Positions 1 to 9,183 of a DNA stretch of 64,000 nucleotides are shown in pieces. The translations under genes and the position numbers were made by a program. How positions within the stretch are numbered: the first letter of the stretch is position 1; each line of letters begins with the position of its first letter. The DNA comes from an uncultured Chloroflexia bacterium. GTDB taxonomy: Bacteria > Chloroflexota > Anaerolineae > Anaerolineales > UBA4823. The DNA lies in contig CAWBUW010000007.1 of the NCBI GenBank assembly GCA_963792075.1, positions 846,429 to 910,428 on the forward strand. The letters run 5' to 3'. The notes beneath the pieces are model-generated. The model was not told the origin of the DNA and searched no databases. It saw nothing but the letters and a program-made list of their open reading frames with translations.

Positions 1-47
1 GCTTGGCGCTAATCCAAGCGTGACCTATTTGAAGGGAGGCGCCAATT

Positions 48-1481
48 ATGGCTACCTCGCCTGAGGCGCTCGGACACGCCCACTACCACGCCGGTCAAGA
101 AGACCCCACCGAGCACCTGTTGCTTGACCCCAGGCCGCGCGGCGAAATGAATGCGATGGTAATGGAAGCCATGCAAACCACATCCAGGAAGTTTTGGGCG
201 ACAACGGTCTTCTTGGGCCTGGTCGTGCTGATCTGCCTGTTTGTCGTCTGGGGCTACTTGATTGCAGAAGGTCTTGGCGTCGCCGGGGTTAACCGCCCGA
301 CTTTCTGGGGCATTTTTTTGGTCAATACCGTTTTCTGGATCGGCATCAGCCATGCCGGCACCTTTGTTTCGGCTTTATTGCGCGTCTTCAAGGCCGAGTT
401 TCGGCGACCTTTCACTCGCGCTGCCGAGCTGATGACCACCTTCGGCCTGGTTCAAGCCGGTTTGAGCATCTTCATGCACATGGGGCGGGTATGGCTCTCA
501 TATTGGCTCATGCCCTATCCTAACGAGCGCGGATTGTGGCCTAATTTCCATTCGCCGCTGGCCTGGGACTTTCTGGCGATCAACACTTACTTGCTTGCCA
601 GCACAATGTATCTCTTTCTGCCACTCATCCCTGATCTGGCCATGGCGCGTGACCGTTCAACCGGCTGGCGCCGCCTGTTTTACCGCCTGCTGGCCCTGGG
701 TTTTCGCGGTACCGAAGGCGAATGGACTCATTTGCGCACAGCGATGAACATTTTTGCCTTTGCGATCCTGCCGGTTATGTTCTCGGTCCACACCATCGTC
801 TCCTGGGACTTTGCTGCCGCTACCCGGCCCGGCTGGTCTTCAACCATATTCGGGCCTTATTTTGTTATCGGCGCGCTGCAATCCGGCATTGCCGCCGTGG
901 CAATGGTGTTGGTGGTAGTGCGGGCGACGATGAAAAATATGAAGTACTTCATCCGCCCCGAACACTTCGACGCGCTGGGCAAGCTGATGTTGGTTGTCTC
1001 GATGACGTGGGCCTATTTCTTCTTCAACGACTTCCTGGTGCAGTGGTACAACGGGGATAAATTCACCCACATTTTGCTCGAATGGCACGAGACCGGGCCG
1101 CAGAGTTGGATCTGGTTCTTGATGTTGTTTTGCAACATTGTTGTCCCCTGGCTGCTACTGTGGAACAAGCGCATCCGCTCGAATCCAGGCCTGTTGTTCA
1201 CCATCGGCTTGCTAATCAATGTTGGCATGTGGTTCGAGCGCTACGTCATCATCCCGATGTCGCTGACGATCAATCGCATGCCCTATACCTGGAGGATATA
1301 CAAACCCGGCGTTGAGATCCCCCTCAGTATAGGTACTCTGGCCTTTTTCATCCTGCTCTACATGCTCGCCTCACGTCTGGTGCCTCTGGTTCCGGTCTGG
1401 GAAGTTCAAGAAGGCCAGATGGCCCATCGACTGCGCAAGGTTGGCAAGGCGCATGTGACCACGGTCAGCGAGCTGGAATAG
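48..1481 (+). CDS. actC: NrfD/PsrC-family polytopic membrane subunit, Alternative Complex III ActC-like
   Basis: 477-aa ORF behind a GAAGGGAGG RBS. It has many hydrophobic helices and NrfD-like motifs (WGIFLVNTVFWIGISHAG, WPNFHSPLAWD). ActD- and ActE-like genes follow. An upstream gene ends at nt 12 (TAA). Confidence 0.7.
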   Translation: MATSPEALGHAHYHAGQEDPTEHLLLDPRPRGEMNAMVMEAMQTTSRKFWATTVFLGLVVLICLFVVWGYLIAEGLGVAGVNRPTFWGIFLVNTVFWIGISHAGTFVSALLRVFKAEFRRPFTRAAELMTTFGLVQAGLSIFMHMGRVWLSYWLMPYPNERGLWPNFHSPLAWDFLAINTYLLASTMYLFLPLIPDLAMARDRSTGWRRLFYRLLALGFRGTEGEWTHLRTAMNIFAFAILPVMFSVHTIVSWDFAAATRPGWSSTIFGPYFVIGALQSGIAAVAMVLVVVRATMKNMKYFIRPEHFDALGKLMLVVSMTWAYFFFNDFLVQWYNGDKFTHILLEWHETGPQSWIWFLMLFCNIVVPWLLLWNKRIRSNPGLLFTIGLLINVGMWFERYVIIPMSLTINRMPYTWRIYKPGVEIPLSIGTLAFFILLYMLASRLVPLVPVWEVQEGQMAHRLRKVGKAHVTTVSELE

Positions 1482-1499
1482 CCCTAAAAGGAGGCGCAT

Positions 1500-2024
1500 A
1501 TGTCTGAAACTACTACCTTGCTTGCGCTCTTTGCCGACATCGACCCCGCCGCCGAGGCGTTGGATAAGCTGTGCGCCCTGGGCCTGGCCGATGACCAGAT
1601 GAATGTGATCTCGGGCATTCCGGTAACTGAGTCCATGTTAGGGCGTCCCCATCAGTGGTCGAATGTGCCGCGCCTGGCCCTGGGCGGAGCAGTGGCCGGC
1701 TTCATGGTCGGCTTGCTCTTTGCCTTCGGCACACCGCTTATGTATCCGATTCAGGTGGGCGGACAGCCGCTGGTCCACGGCGTGCCAGGCGCGGTGGTGA
1801 TATTCGAGATGACCATGCTGGGCTTGCTGGTCAGCACATTTGTAGGTGTTTTCCTCGATAGCCGCTTCCCGTCCTATACTCCTAAAGAATATGTGGCTGA
1901 GATCAGTGATGGCAAGATCGCTGTCCTGTTCAACTGTCCGCCCGAAGCCCAGGCCGAATTTATCGCTGCCATGGCCAGCCTGGGGGCTGAATCGGTCACG
2001 TTGGCAGAGGCGCAAAAACTATGA
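1500..2024 (+). CDS. actD: ActD-like (DUF3341) membrane subunit of Alternative Complex III
   Basis: 174-aa ORF with an AAAGGAGG RBS. The N-terminal soluble part is followed by two TM helices. Its position between the NrfD-like subunit and a monoheme cytochrome c fits ActD. Confidence 0.55.
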   Translation: MSETTTLLALFADIDPAAEALDKLCALGLADDQMNVISGIPVTESMLGRPHQWSNVPRLALGGAVAGFMVGLLFAFGTPLMYPIQVGGQPLVHGVPGAVVIFEMTMLGLLVSTFVGVFLDSRFPSYTPKEYVAEISDGKIAVLFNCPPEAQAEFIAAMASLGAESVTLAEAQKL

Positions 2025-2515
2025 TACGCCGTTTACTGCCCTTGCTTGGCCTGGCTGTTATTTTGGGCGGCACACTGCTCCTGTTCTCCTACGACGTGAT
2101 CAAGATTGACTGGATTGTCTTCATGGAGATCCAGCCATCGTTCAAGGCCATGGAAGAACCCCGGCCGGTCCCCGTCAACTCCATTCCAGTGGAGGGTGCT
2201 GCCTACGTGCCGGGCATGGGCGCGCCCCTCAACCCGATTGCCGTGGACGAAATATCGCTGGAGCGCGGCGCTCAATTATACAGCGTCAACTGTTCGCACT
2301 GCCACGGACGAACGGCCAAGGGAGATGGGCCAATCAGCAACTTCTTCAACTTCAAGCCGGCAGATCTCACCAGCCCGGCCGTACAAAACTTGAGCGATGG
2401 AGCGATTTTCATGGTGATGTCGAACGGTGTTCCCAACCGTATGCCCGCTCTGAATGAGAACCTGACCGTGCGCGATCGCTGGGACGTGGTGAATTATTTG
2501 CGTAGCTTGAAATGA
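2021..2515 (+). CDS. actE: monoheme c-type cytochrome (ActE-like)
   Basis: 164-aa ORF whose ATG overlaps the upstream stop (ATGA). It has an N-terminal TM anchor and a single CSHCH heme-binding motif. Confidence 0.7.
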   Translation: MIRRLLPLLGLAVILGGTLLLFSYDVIKIDWIVFMEIQPSFKAMEEPRPVPVNSIPVEGAAYVPGMGAPLNPIAVDEISLERGAQLYSVNCSHCHGRTAKGDGPISNFFNFKPADLTSPAVQNLSDGAIFMVMSNGVPNRMPALNENLTVRDRWDVVNYLRSLK

Positions 2516-2539
2516 CGCGCCCAAAAGTTGAGAGACCGT

Positions 2540-3187
2540 ATGAAAAATGACTTCAAAACCTACATGCTGCTCCTGGTCTTTGGCCTGCCAGTGCTTCTCC
2601 TCTTCTACATCGGGGCATTATATTTCGGAAACTGCGGCTTCAGCGGTGACTGCTCTCAGGCCAGCCTGGCCCCCATTATCCACACTCCCATCCCCACCCT
2701 TATTCCGGCCGCCATGCCTACCCTCAATCTGAGCGCCGGCCTCACCGAGCGAAATCAATGCACAGTGAGCGCCCTAACCCTTCTGGCTGCCTGGGTAACG
2801 AGTGGGTATTCTGATAATGTTCCTTTCGAATTCACCGATCTGAGCGGTACGCTCTGCACAGGGACATTTAACGACGTTCAGCGTTTGTTCACCGAAGCCA
2901 ACCTGTGGTACAACGGGGCGCTGCCCTGCGCTTCGTGCCATAATTCGGACCTGGCAAATGCAGCCATGCAAATGGACCTGAGCAGTTATGCCGGCATCCT
3001 GGCCGGCTCACGGCGGACCTCTCCCGAAACGAAGGGCCAGGATATCCTGGGCGGCGGAAATTGGGAGGCGTCTAAGCTCAATGACATGCTCTTTATCAGC
3101 CAGCTCATGCCACTGGGCCGTACTCCCGGTGCTGTCCCCCCCGAGGGTCCCACCTTGCTCGCCGGCAGTCCCAAACCCGCACCTTAG
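2540..3187 (+). CDS. membrane-anchored protein with one CxxCH motif (putative c-type cytochrome)
   Basis: ORF in the 2528..3187 frame. The ATG at 2540 gives MKNDFKTYMLLLVFGLPVLLLFY, a TM anchor. A CASCH motif lies mid-protein. No family was recognised. Confidence 0.4.
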   Translation: MKNDFKTYMLLLVFGLPVLLLFYIGALYFGNCGFSGDCSQASLAPIIHTPIPTLIPAAMPTLNLSAGLTERNQCTVSALTLLAAWVTSGYSDNVPFEFTDLSGTLCTGTFNDVQRLFTEANLWYNGALPCASCHNSDLANAAMQMDLSSYAGILAGSRRTSPETKGQDILGGGNWEASKLNDMLFISQLMPLGRTPGAVPPEGPTLLAGSPKPAP

Positions 3188-3203
3188 CTTTTCTAGAAAT
3201 AAG

Positions 3204-3240
3204 AAAACGCCTGCCGAACCTGAGGTTCGGCAGGCGTTTT
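3204..3240. terminator. bidirectional intrinsic terminator
   Basis: Perfect 17-bp inverted repeat aaaacgcctgccgaacc/ggttcggcaggcgtttt with a tga loop. It has an A-run on the 5' side and a T-run on the 3' side, and sits between convergent genes. Confidence 0.8.
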
Positions 3241-3253
3241 CTTATTTAAATCC

Positions 3254-4294
3254 CTATCTCACAGGCCAAAAACCGCTCAAGAACACACGCAACAGTGTAT
3301 CGGCCAGCAGCCCCAGGATGAAAAGGCCGCCGAACAGGCGGTTATGATGGAAGGTAAAGGCCGAAAACCAGGTTGGCCATGCCGGAAAGCCCTCCGGCGG
3401 GGCTGCAGGGCGCGGCTTACCAAGCGCTCCCAGAGCGAACAACAAACGCTTGCCTGCCAGGAGGACGATCAGCATGACAGGGGTGAAGTAACGCGGCACG
3501 AAGATCAGGTAGATAATGACAGCATACAGGCTCACGAGAACAGCCATATTGAGATAACGGGCTGCTTTCTCGCCCACTCTCACCGGGAGCGTGCCCACAC
3601 CTTTCTGCTTATCGGCATCGAGCTTGTCAATGTGTTTGCCAATGTTGATGCTGGCCACACTCAACCCGAAAGGTGCTCCGGCAAGGGCCACGTTCCAGAC
3701 ATTACCTGTCCAGCCTTTCGCCAGGACAATGTATACGCTCGCCACCATGATCGGCCCCCAGATCAAAAAGATCGCCAGCTCGCCCACCCCCAGATACTTG
3801 AGCGGGTAGGTGTAAAACAACAGCGCCAGCGCCCCGAAGATTATCAGGCCGATCACATACGGGGAGAAGCTCGTGTAGAACATAGCAAAAACACCTGCCA
3901 GCATCGCCAGGGCGCCGCTGGCCACGAACCAGCGCAGTTGCTGAGTATTCGTCCAAAAGCCCTGCACCAGTGGATGGACACCGTACTGGGTACGAAAATA
4001 ATTATCCTTATCCACCCCGCGGCTGAAATCGATATAATCGTTAAGCAGGTTGTTCGTGCCATGAGCAATGAACAAGCCAATAGTGACCACCAACCAGGGC
4101 AGCAAGGCAAAATAGCCATCGCGCCAGGCCAGAAGCCCGGCGATGATGCAGGTATAGATCGTCACCATGGTCACCCCCGAGCGCGTGGCGATGAACCATT
4201 TGGAGAATACGTCCAACTGGTTCCATTCCGCTTTGCTGTCCATCTTGACCAGGGTCCACAGAGCCCTTTTCCACATTGCAAAATTGATTGTCAT
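3254..4294 (-). CDS. menA: UbiA-family prenyltransferase, MenA-like (1,4-dihydroxy-2-naphthoate prenyltransferase-like)
   Basis: The 444-aa ORF was trimmed to the ATG at 4294 (MTINFAMWK), which follows an AGGAGG RBS. The protein is polytopic and carries NNLLNDYIDFSRGVD, an NDxxDxxxD-type prenyl-diphosphate motif typical of MenA/UbiA. Confidence 0.65.
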   Translation of the reverse strand: MTINFAMWKRALWTLVKMDSKAEWNQLDVFSKWFIATRSGVTMVTIYTCIIAGLLAWRDGYFALLPWLVVTIGLFIAHGTNNLLNDYIDFSRGVDKDNYFRTQYGVHPLVQGFWTNTQQLRWFVASGALAMLAGVFAMFYTSFSPYVIGLIIFGALALLFYTYPLKYLGVGELAIFLIWGPIMVASVYIVLAKGWTGNVWNVALAGAPFGLSVASINIGKHIDKLDADKQKGVGTLPVRVGEKAARYLNMAVLVSLYAVIIYLIFVPRYFTPVMLIVLLAGKRLLFALGALGKPRPAAPPEGFPAWPTWFSAFTFHHNRLFGGLFILGLLADTLLRVFLSGFWPVR

Positions 4295-4357
4295 GCTGCC
4301 TCCTAATGTGAGTATATTTACCATTATACTCCACTTAAAAGTCCTCTTGAAACAGAT

Positions 4358-4398
4358 GTGGGGGTGTTTTGCGGGCTTTGCCCGCAAAACACCCCCAC
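4358..4398. repeat. palindromic terminator-like element (family GTGGGGTRTTTTG...), copy 1
   Basis: An 18-bp perfect stem gtgggggtgttttgcggg/cccgcaaaacacccccac with loop ctttg, immediately downstream of the glmS stop. Related copies lie at 53552 and 63635. Confidence 0.7.
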
Positions 4399-4406
4399 AT
4401 AACCCC

Positions 4407-6248
4407 TTATTCGACCGTAACGCTTTTTGCCAGGTTCCTGGGTTGATCGACGTCCAGCCCGCGCAGCGCGGCGATGTGATACGCCAGCATTTGCAGCGGG
4501 ATGACCGTTGCCACCGGGCTGAGCAGCCAGGGGGTTTCAGGCACATACAAAACATGGTCCGCCAGCGAGGCGATTTTATCATCCCCATCGGTCGCCACAG
4601 CCACCACCGGACCGCCGCGCGAGCGCGCCTGCTCGACCTGACTGATCATTTTGTCATACCAGGGATCGCGCGGCGCTAAAACGACGACGGGCATATCTTT
4701 GTCGATCAGCGCGATCGGCCCGTGCTTCATCTCTCCCGCAGGATACCCTTCCGCGTGGATATACGAGATTTCCTTCAGCTTCAGAGCGCCTTCATAGGCG
4801 ATGGGCATGTTGATCCCTCTCCCCAGGTACAGGCAATGATTGGTTTGCAGCAATCCACGCGCTGCCGTCACCACTGCCGCCTCACGATCCAGGCAGCGCC
4901 CGACGATATCCGGAATGAGCGCCAGGTCAGCTACGTATCGCCGCCGGCCGGCTTCGCTGATCGTGCCGCGCAGGTCGCCCAACAGGACTGCCAGCATATA
5001 CAGATCAACCAGGGGCGCGGTGAAGGCTTTCGTCGAAGCTACGCCAATCTCCGGTCCGGTTTGCATGGAGATAAATCCATCCGCAATGCGCATCGCCTGT
5101 GAGCCGATCGCGTTGACAATCGACCACAAACTGGCTCCGCGGCTCCGGCCCTCCTCCATCGCAGCCAGCGTATCCGCCGTCTCGCCCGATTGGCTGATTG
5201 CCAGAACGACTGTGCCCTCGTCTACGATCGGATCCGCATAGCGGAATTCTGAAGCAATCTCCACGCTGACCGGGATACGGGCAATCCGCTCGATTTGAGT
5301 CCTGCCCACCAACCCGGCGTGGTACGCTGTTCCGCAGGCGGTGATGACGATTTTCCTGATCTGCTTCGCTTTCTCTGGCGTCAGTTTCAGCTCTGGCAGA
5401 CGGATGCGAGCAGCCTCAAAATCCACTCGTCCGGCAATCGTATCGGTCAGTGAACGCACCTGCTCATGGATTTCCTTGTGCATAAAATGGCGATATTCGC
5501 CCTTCTCGGCCGAGATCAAATCCCAGGCGACCGAGTGCACTTCATAGTGCAGCGCCTCGCCTTCCAGCGTTTGGATCTTCAAGCCTTCCCGAGTGATGAC
5601 TGCCATCTGGCGAGATTCCAGAAAAACGACTTTCCGGGTATGCTCCAGGATGGCGGGCATATCCGATGCGACGAACATTTCGCCCTCACCCAGCCCAATC
5701 ACAACCCCCCCCGCATTACCGATGCGGGCAGCCACCATCTTGTCCGGCTCACGCGCGGACATGATGACGATCCCATGAGCTCCGCGCAGCAGTTGGAATG
5801 CCCGCTGCGCTGCCTCTATTAGCCCCCCTTCTGAAGCGTAGAAACGTTCTACCAGGTGGACGATTACTTCTGTATCCGTGTCCGAGTTGAAGACCACTCC
5901 TTCCGCGCCCAGCTCGGCGCGCAGCTCCAGGTAATTTTCCACGATCCCATTGTGCACGACCACGAACTCACCGCTCATCCCGACGTGTGGATGCGCATTC
6001 CGTGCGCTGGGTTCGCCATGTGTCGCCCAACGGGTGTGCCCGATACCCAGGTTCCCCTGCACCGGCTGAGCATCCACCAGCGCCGCCAGCCTGGCTAATT
6101 TCCCCGCTTCACGCCGCACCTCGATATGGCCATTTTCCAGAACGGCCAGGCCGGCCGAATCATATCCACGGTATTCTAACCGGCGCAGTCCATTCAGAAT
6201 GATCGGCGTCGCATCCTGCGGCCCAATATATCCCACGATACCACACAT
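4407..6248 (-). CDS. glmS: glutamine--fructose-6-phosphate aminotransferase (isomerising)
   Basis: Canonical N-terminus MCGIVGYIG (ORF trimmed to that Met). It has a class-II glutamine amidotransferase domain plus two SIS domains and the C-terminal ...AKSVTVE. Confidence 0.95.
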   Translation of the reverse strand: MCGIVGYIGPQDATPIILNGLRRLEYRGYDSAGLAVLENGHIEVRREAGKLARLAALVDAQPVQGNLGIGHTRWATHGEPSARNAHPHVGMSGEFVVVHNGIVENYLELRAELGAEGVVFNSDTDTEVIVHLVERFYASEGGLIEAAQRAFQLLRGAHGIVIMSAREPDKMVAARIGNAGGVVIGLGEGEMFVASDMPAILEHTRKVVFLESRQMAVITREGLKIQTLEGEALHYEVHSVAWDLISAEKGEYRHFMHKEIHEQVRSLTDTIAGRVDFEAARIRLPELKLTPEKAKQIRKIVITACGTAYHAGLVGRTQIERIARIPVSVEIASEFRYADPIVDEGTVVLAISQSGETADTLAAMEEGRSRGASLWSIVNAIGSQAMRIADGFISMQTGPEIGVASTKAFTAPLVDLYMLAVLLGDLRGTISEAGRRRYVADLALIPDIVGRCLDREAAVVTAARGLLQTNHCLYLGRGINMPIAYEGALKLKEISYIHAEGYPAGEMKHGPIALIDKDMPVVVLAPRDPWYDKMISQVEQARSRGGPVVAVATDGDDKIASLADHVLYVPETPWLLSPVATVIPLQMLAYHIAALRGLDVDQPRNLAKSVTVE

Positions 6249-6329
6249 AGTTTTGCCTCCGCAACAAACACCCATGCCGCCAGGCAGCTTCTTACAGCCC
6301 GCAGCGTACAGGGGAAAGGAGGGCAGAGG

Positions 6330-6590
6330 TATTTCGTGCAGATTTTATCTGTACAAAATCCCACTCCCTTTTAAAATTAATATAGAAGTAACAATTCTGG
6401 AAAGATATCAGGCGCTTAGCGCCCGGAAGGCTTCCGCTGATCTTTCGATTTTCCCGGTGCACAGGCTGGCAGCCTGCTGTTTGCCGGTTAGTCTCACCCT
6501 GCGGTGAGAAACCCTCATCCTCGTCAATTACAGGGATCATCAGAAAGGAGCTAATTAATCAGCCTCCTCGATCCCCGAATCCATGCGCTG
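6330..6590 (-). ncRNA. glmS_rz: candidate glmS ribozyme/riboswitch in the glmS leader
   Basis: The minus-strand RNA contains AGCGCA..., UGACGAGGAUGAGGGUU and AAUCGAAAGAUCAGCGGAAGCCUUCCGGGCG. These resemble the glmS ribozyme core as I recall it (A|GCGCC, UGACGAGGAUGGAGGUU, AUCGAAUUUUCGGCGGAUGCCUCCCGGCUG). The orientation and position upstream of glmS are correct. A ~55-nt insertion between the two core blocks is atypical. Confidence 0.45.
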
Positions 6591-6716
6591 TCTTTCCTCG
6601 AAACACGTCCTTTGCCGTGCCACCTCCGTTTCCTGTCGCCGGTACACCCAGGCGCAAAGCCATTATACCAAAAAAAGTTCCGAGACTTTGCATTTCTGTT
6701 AGGTTATAATATATAT

Positions 6717-9152
6717 ATGGCAAAAAAGAATAACCCCCTACTCTCACTTGGCTTGGCAGCCGGCGCAGTCGCCGGACTGGCGGGTGCAGCCTACTACTGG
6801 CTGCTGCGACGTTCCCTGGCGCAAAAATCCGGCTCGATTCACCTATCCGGCTTGCACGCCCCGGTGGAAGTGGTCCGCGACCATTGGGGGGTCCCGCATA
6901 TCTATGCGCAGGACCTTACCGACCTGGTCTTCGCCCAGGGCTATGTGCATGCCCAGGACCGCCTGTGGCAGATGGATTTCAACCGTCATCTGGTCTCAGG
7001 GCGCGTTTCTGAGCTTTTCGGCCAGGTCTCCGTCTCCCTCGACCGTTGGATGCGTACGCTACGCATGCGTGCCACAGCGGAACAAGAAGTTTCCCTGCTT
7101 ACGGAGGAAGAACGTGGCATGCTCGAAGCCTATGCCCAAGGCGTCAATGCCCGCATTGCCCGCGGCCCCCTGCCTGTGGAGTACACGCTTTTGGGATACC
7201 ATCCTGAACCGTGGGCCGCTGCCGACAGTCTCTCCTGGACGAAAATGATGGCCTGGACTCTTTGCGTCAATTGGGAAACCGAGATTCTGCGTGCATTGCT
7301 CGTTTCCCGCCTGGGGCCTGAGCAAGCAGCCGAGCTGGAGCCACCCTACGCCCCTGGACTGCCTTATGTAATTCCTCCCGGCGTGGATTATTCTTGCCTT
7401 TCCGCCGAACCGCTCCGCCGCGCCAGCGCAGCTCAAAAATTTACAGGCCCCTCTGCCCGCGATGGCCTGGGCAGCAATAACTGGGCGATCCATGGCAGCC
7501 GTACCACTTCCGGGAAACCCCTTTTCGCCAATGATATGCACCTCGGGCTGACGATTCCCTCCGTTTGGTATGAAAACCACCTGGTCGCGGGAGATCTGCA
7601 GCTCTCTGGCATTTCCTTCCCAGGCATCCCCCTGATCATTTCCGGCCATAACGGGCACGTCGCCTGGGGGTTTACCAACGGCTTCCCAGACGTGCAGGAT
7701 TTGTACATGGAACATCTGCGCACAAACGAAAAGGGGAATGTGCAGTATGAGTTCAAAGGCGAATGGAAAGATGCCCAGGTCGTCCATGAGGCCATCCAGG
7801 TCAAAGGCGCAGATACAGTCTTCGAGGACGTGGTGATCACCCAGCACGGCCCGATTATCAACTCACTCAACCCGGACCTGGCCGGTGAGACTCCGTTGGC
7901 CATGCGCTGGACAGCCCTGGACCCGGCAAATATGATCACCGCGGTTTTGGGTATGGTCACAGCCAAGAATTGCCTGGAGTTCCGCCAGGCGCTGCGTCAC
8001 TGGGGTGTTCCGGTGCAAAACGTCGTCTCAGCAGATGTGGATGGAAACATTGCGTACTCTTATCCAGGTCGCATCCCATTGCGCGCTCCAGGTGAAGGTC
8101 GCCTGCCTGTGCCTGGCTGGTCGGGGGAGTATGAATGGCAAGGGTATATTCCCTTCGAAGAGCTGCCACATATGTACAACCCCGCCCCAGGGTATATCGC
8201 AACCGCCAACAACAGGGTTGTCGATGCGGGCTATCCCTATTTCCTCGGCAATGACTTTGTCGGCCCAGGCCGTATTGCGCGCATCCATGAATTGATCAAC
8301 TCGGTTGATAAAGTAGATATATCCTTTATCCAACGCATGCACTTAGACCAGGTATCGATCCCGGCTCGCACCGTAGCGGTCCACCTGACACAGGTCCAGA
8401 CTGACGATCCTGAGCTACAGATCATCCTGCGCCAACTCCAGGAATGGGATGGCAATCTCGCAGCTAACAGCTCTGCCGCCAGCCTCTATGAAGCGTTCAT
8501 GCAGTGCCTGGCGACTCGCCTGCTCGAACCCCGCTTGGGCGATCTAACCCAGTACTACATGGGCAAAGGGATTACACCAGTTCTCGATGAGACCAGCTTA
8601 CTCGGAGAGCGCTGCCGGGAATGGCTACTGCAGCTCCTCGACCAACCGGACTCGCATTGGTGGGATCTGGGCCAAGGCGAAAACCGTGAACAACAAATTC
8701 TCTTGGCGCTGCGTGCTGCCGTGGATTTACTTAAAAGCAAGCTGGGGCCGGGTTTTAATGATTGGAGCTGGGGAAAATTGCACAGTCTCACCCTGGCACA
8801 CACGCTGGGCGCGCAGAAGCCGCTGAATCTCCTGTTCAATCGCGGTCCCTTCCCCATGGGTGGCAATAGCGATACGATCTGGAACTCCCAAATCTCGCTC
8901 CATGCCCTGGATAAAGGCACCATGATAGGCCCGCCCTTCCGTTTTATTGCGGATTTGGCAGACCTCGGCCACAGCCTGGGCCAGCTTCTGCCCGGCCAAT
9001 CCGGTCAACCCAGCAGCTCGCATTATACAGATAATATCCCGGCCTGGCTCAAAGGTGAATACCATCCGATGCTCTATCATCACCAGGACATTCTCGAACA
9101 TGCCGAAGCAACGCTGCACTTACTGCCTGTGCAAAAAATTAGAGATGATTGA
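6717..9152 (+). CDS. penicillin acylase / acyl-homoserine-lactone acylase family Ntn-hydrolase
   Basis: ORF trimmed to the ATG at 6717 (MAKKNNPLLSLGLAAGAV, a signal/TM segment). The GLGSNNWAI motif has the autoprocessing Ser nucleophile context, and the ~810-aa length is typical of the family. Confidence 0.85.
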   Translation: MAKKNNPLLSLGLAAGAVAGLAGAAYYWLLRRSLAQKSGSIHLSGLHAPVEVVRDHWGVPHIYAQDLTDLVFAQGYVHAQDRLWQMDFNRHLVSGRVSELFGQVSVSLDRWMRTLRMRATAEQEVSLLTEEERGMLEAYAQGVNARIARGPLPVEYTLLGYHPEPWAAADSLSWTKMMAWTLCVNWETEILRALLVSRLGPEQAAELEPPYAPGLPYVIPPGVDYSCLSAEPLRRASAAQKFTGPSARDGLGSNNWAIHGSRTTSGKPLFANDMHLGLTIPSVWYENHLVAGDLQLSGISFPGIPLIISGHNGHVAWGFTNGFPDVQDLYMEHLRTNEKGNVQYEFKGEWKDAQVVHEAIQVKGADTVFEDVVITQHGPIINSLNPDLAGETPLAMRWTALDPANMITAVLGMVTAKNCLEFRQALRHWGVPVQNVVSADVDGNIAYSYPGRIPLRAPGEGRLPVPGWSGEYEWQGYIPFEELPHMYNPAPGYIATANNRVVDAGYPYFLGNDFVGPGRIARIHELINSVDKVDISFIQRMHLDQVSIPARTVAVHLTQVQTDDPELQIILRQLQEWDGNLAANSSAASLYEAFMQCLATRLLEPRLGDLTQYYMGKGITPVLDETSLLGERCREWLLQLLDQPDSHWWDLGQGENREQQILLALRAAVDLLKSKLGPGFNDWSWGKLHSLTLAHTLGAQKPLNLLFNRGPFPMGGNSDTIWNSQISLHALDKGTMIGPPFRFIADLADLGHSLGQLLPGQSGQPSSSHYTDNIPAWLKGEYHPMLYHHQDILEHAEATLHLLPVQKIRDD

Positions 9153-9177
9153 CTCGGATTCAATTTCTTGCTATATT
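9149..9177 (+). promoter_or_regulatory. sigma70-like promoter (TTGACT-17 nt-TATATT)
   Basis: ttgact at 9149-9154, a 17-nt spacer, and tatatt at 9172-9177. The -35 box overlaps the acylase stop codon. No convincing ORF lies downstream. Confidence 0.45.
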
Positions 9178-9183
9178 GTTTAT

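Noticed and set aside
6682-6719. Leaderless transcription of the acylase gene (TATAAT at 6705-6710, ATG at 6717)
   Set aside because: No acceptable -35 box lies at 16-18 nt (TTGCAT is only 11 nt away). The AT-rich stretch may equally serve the divergent glmS leader promoter. The evidence is insufficient.
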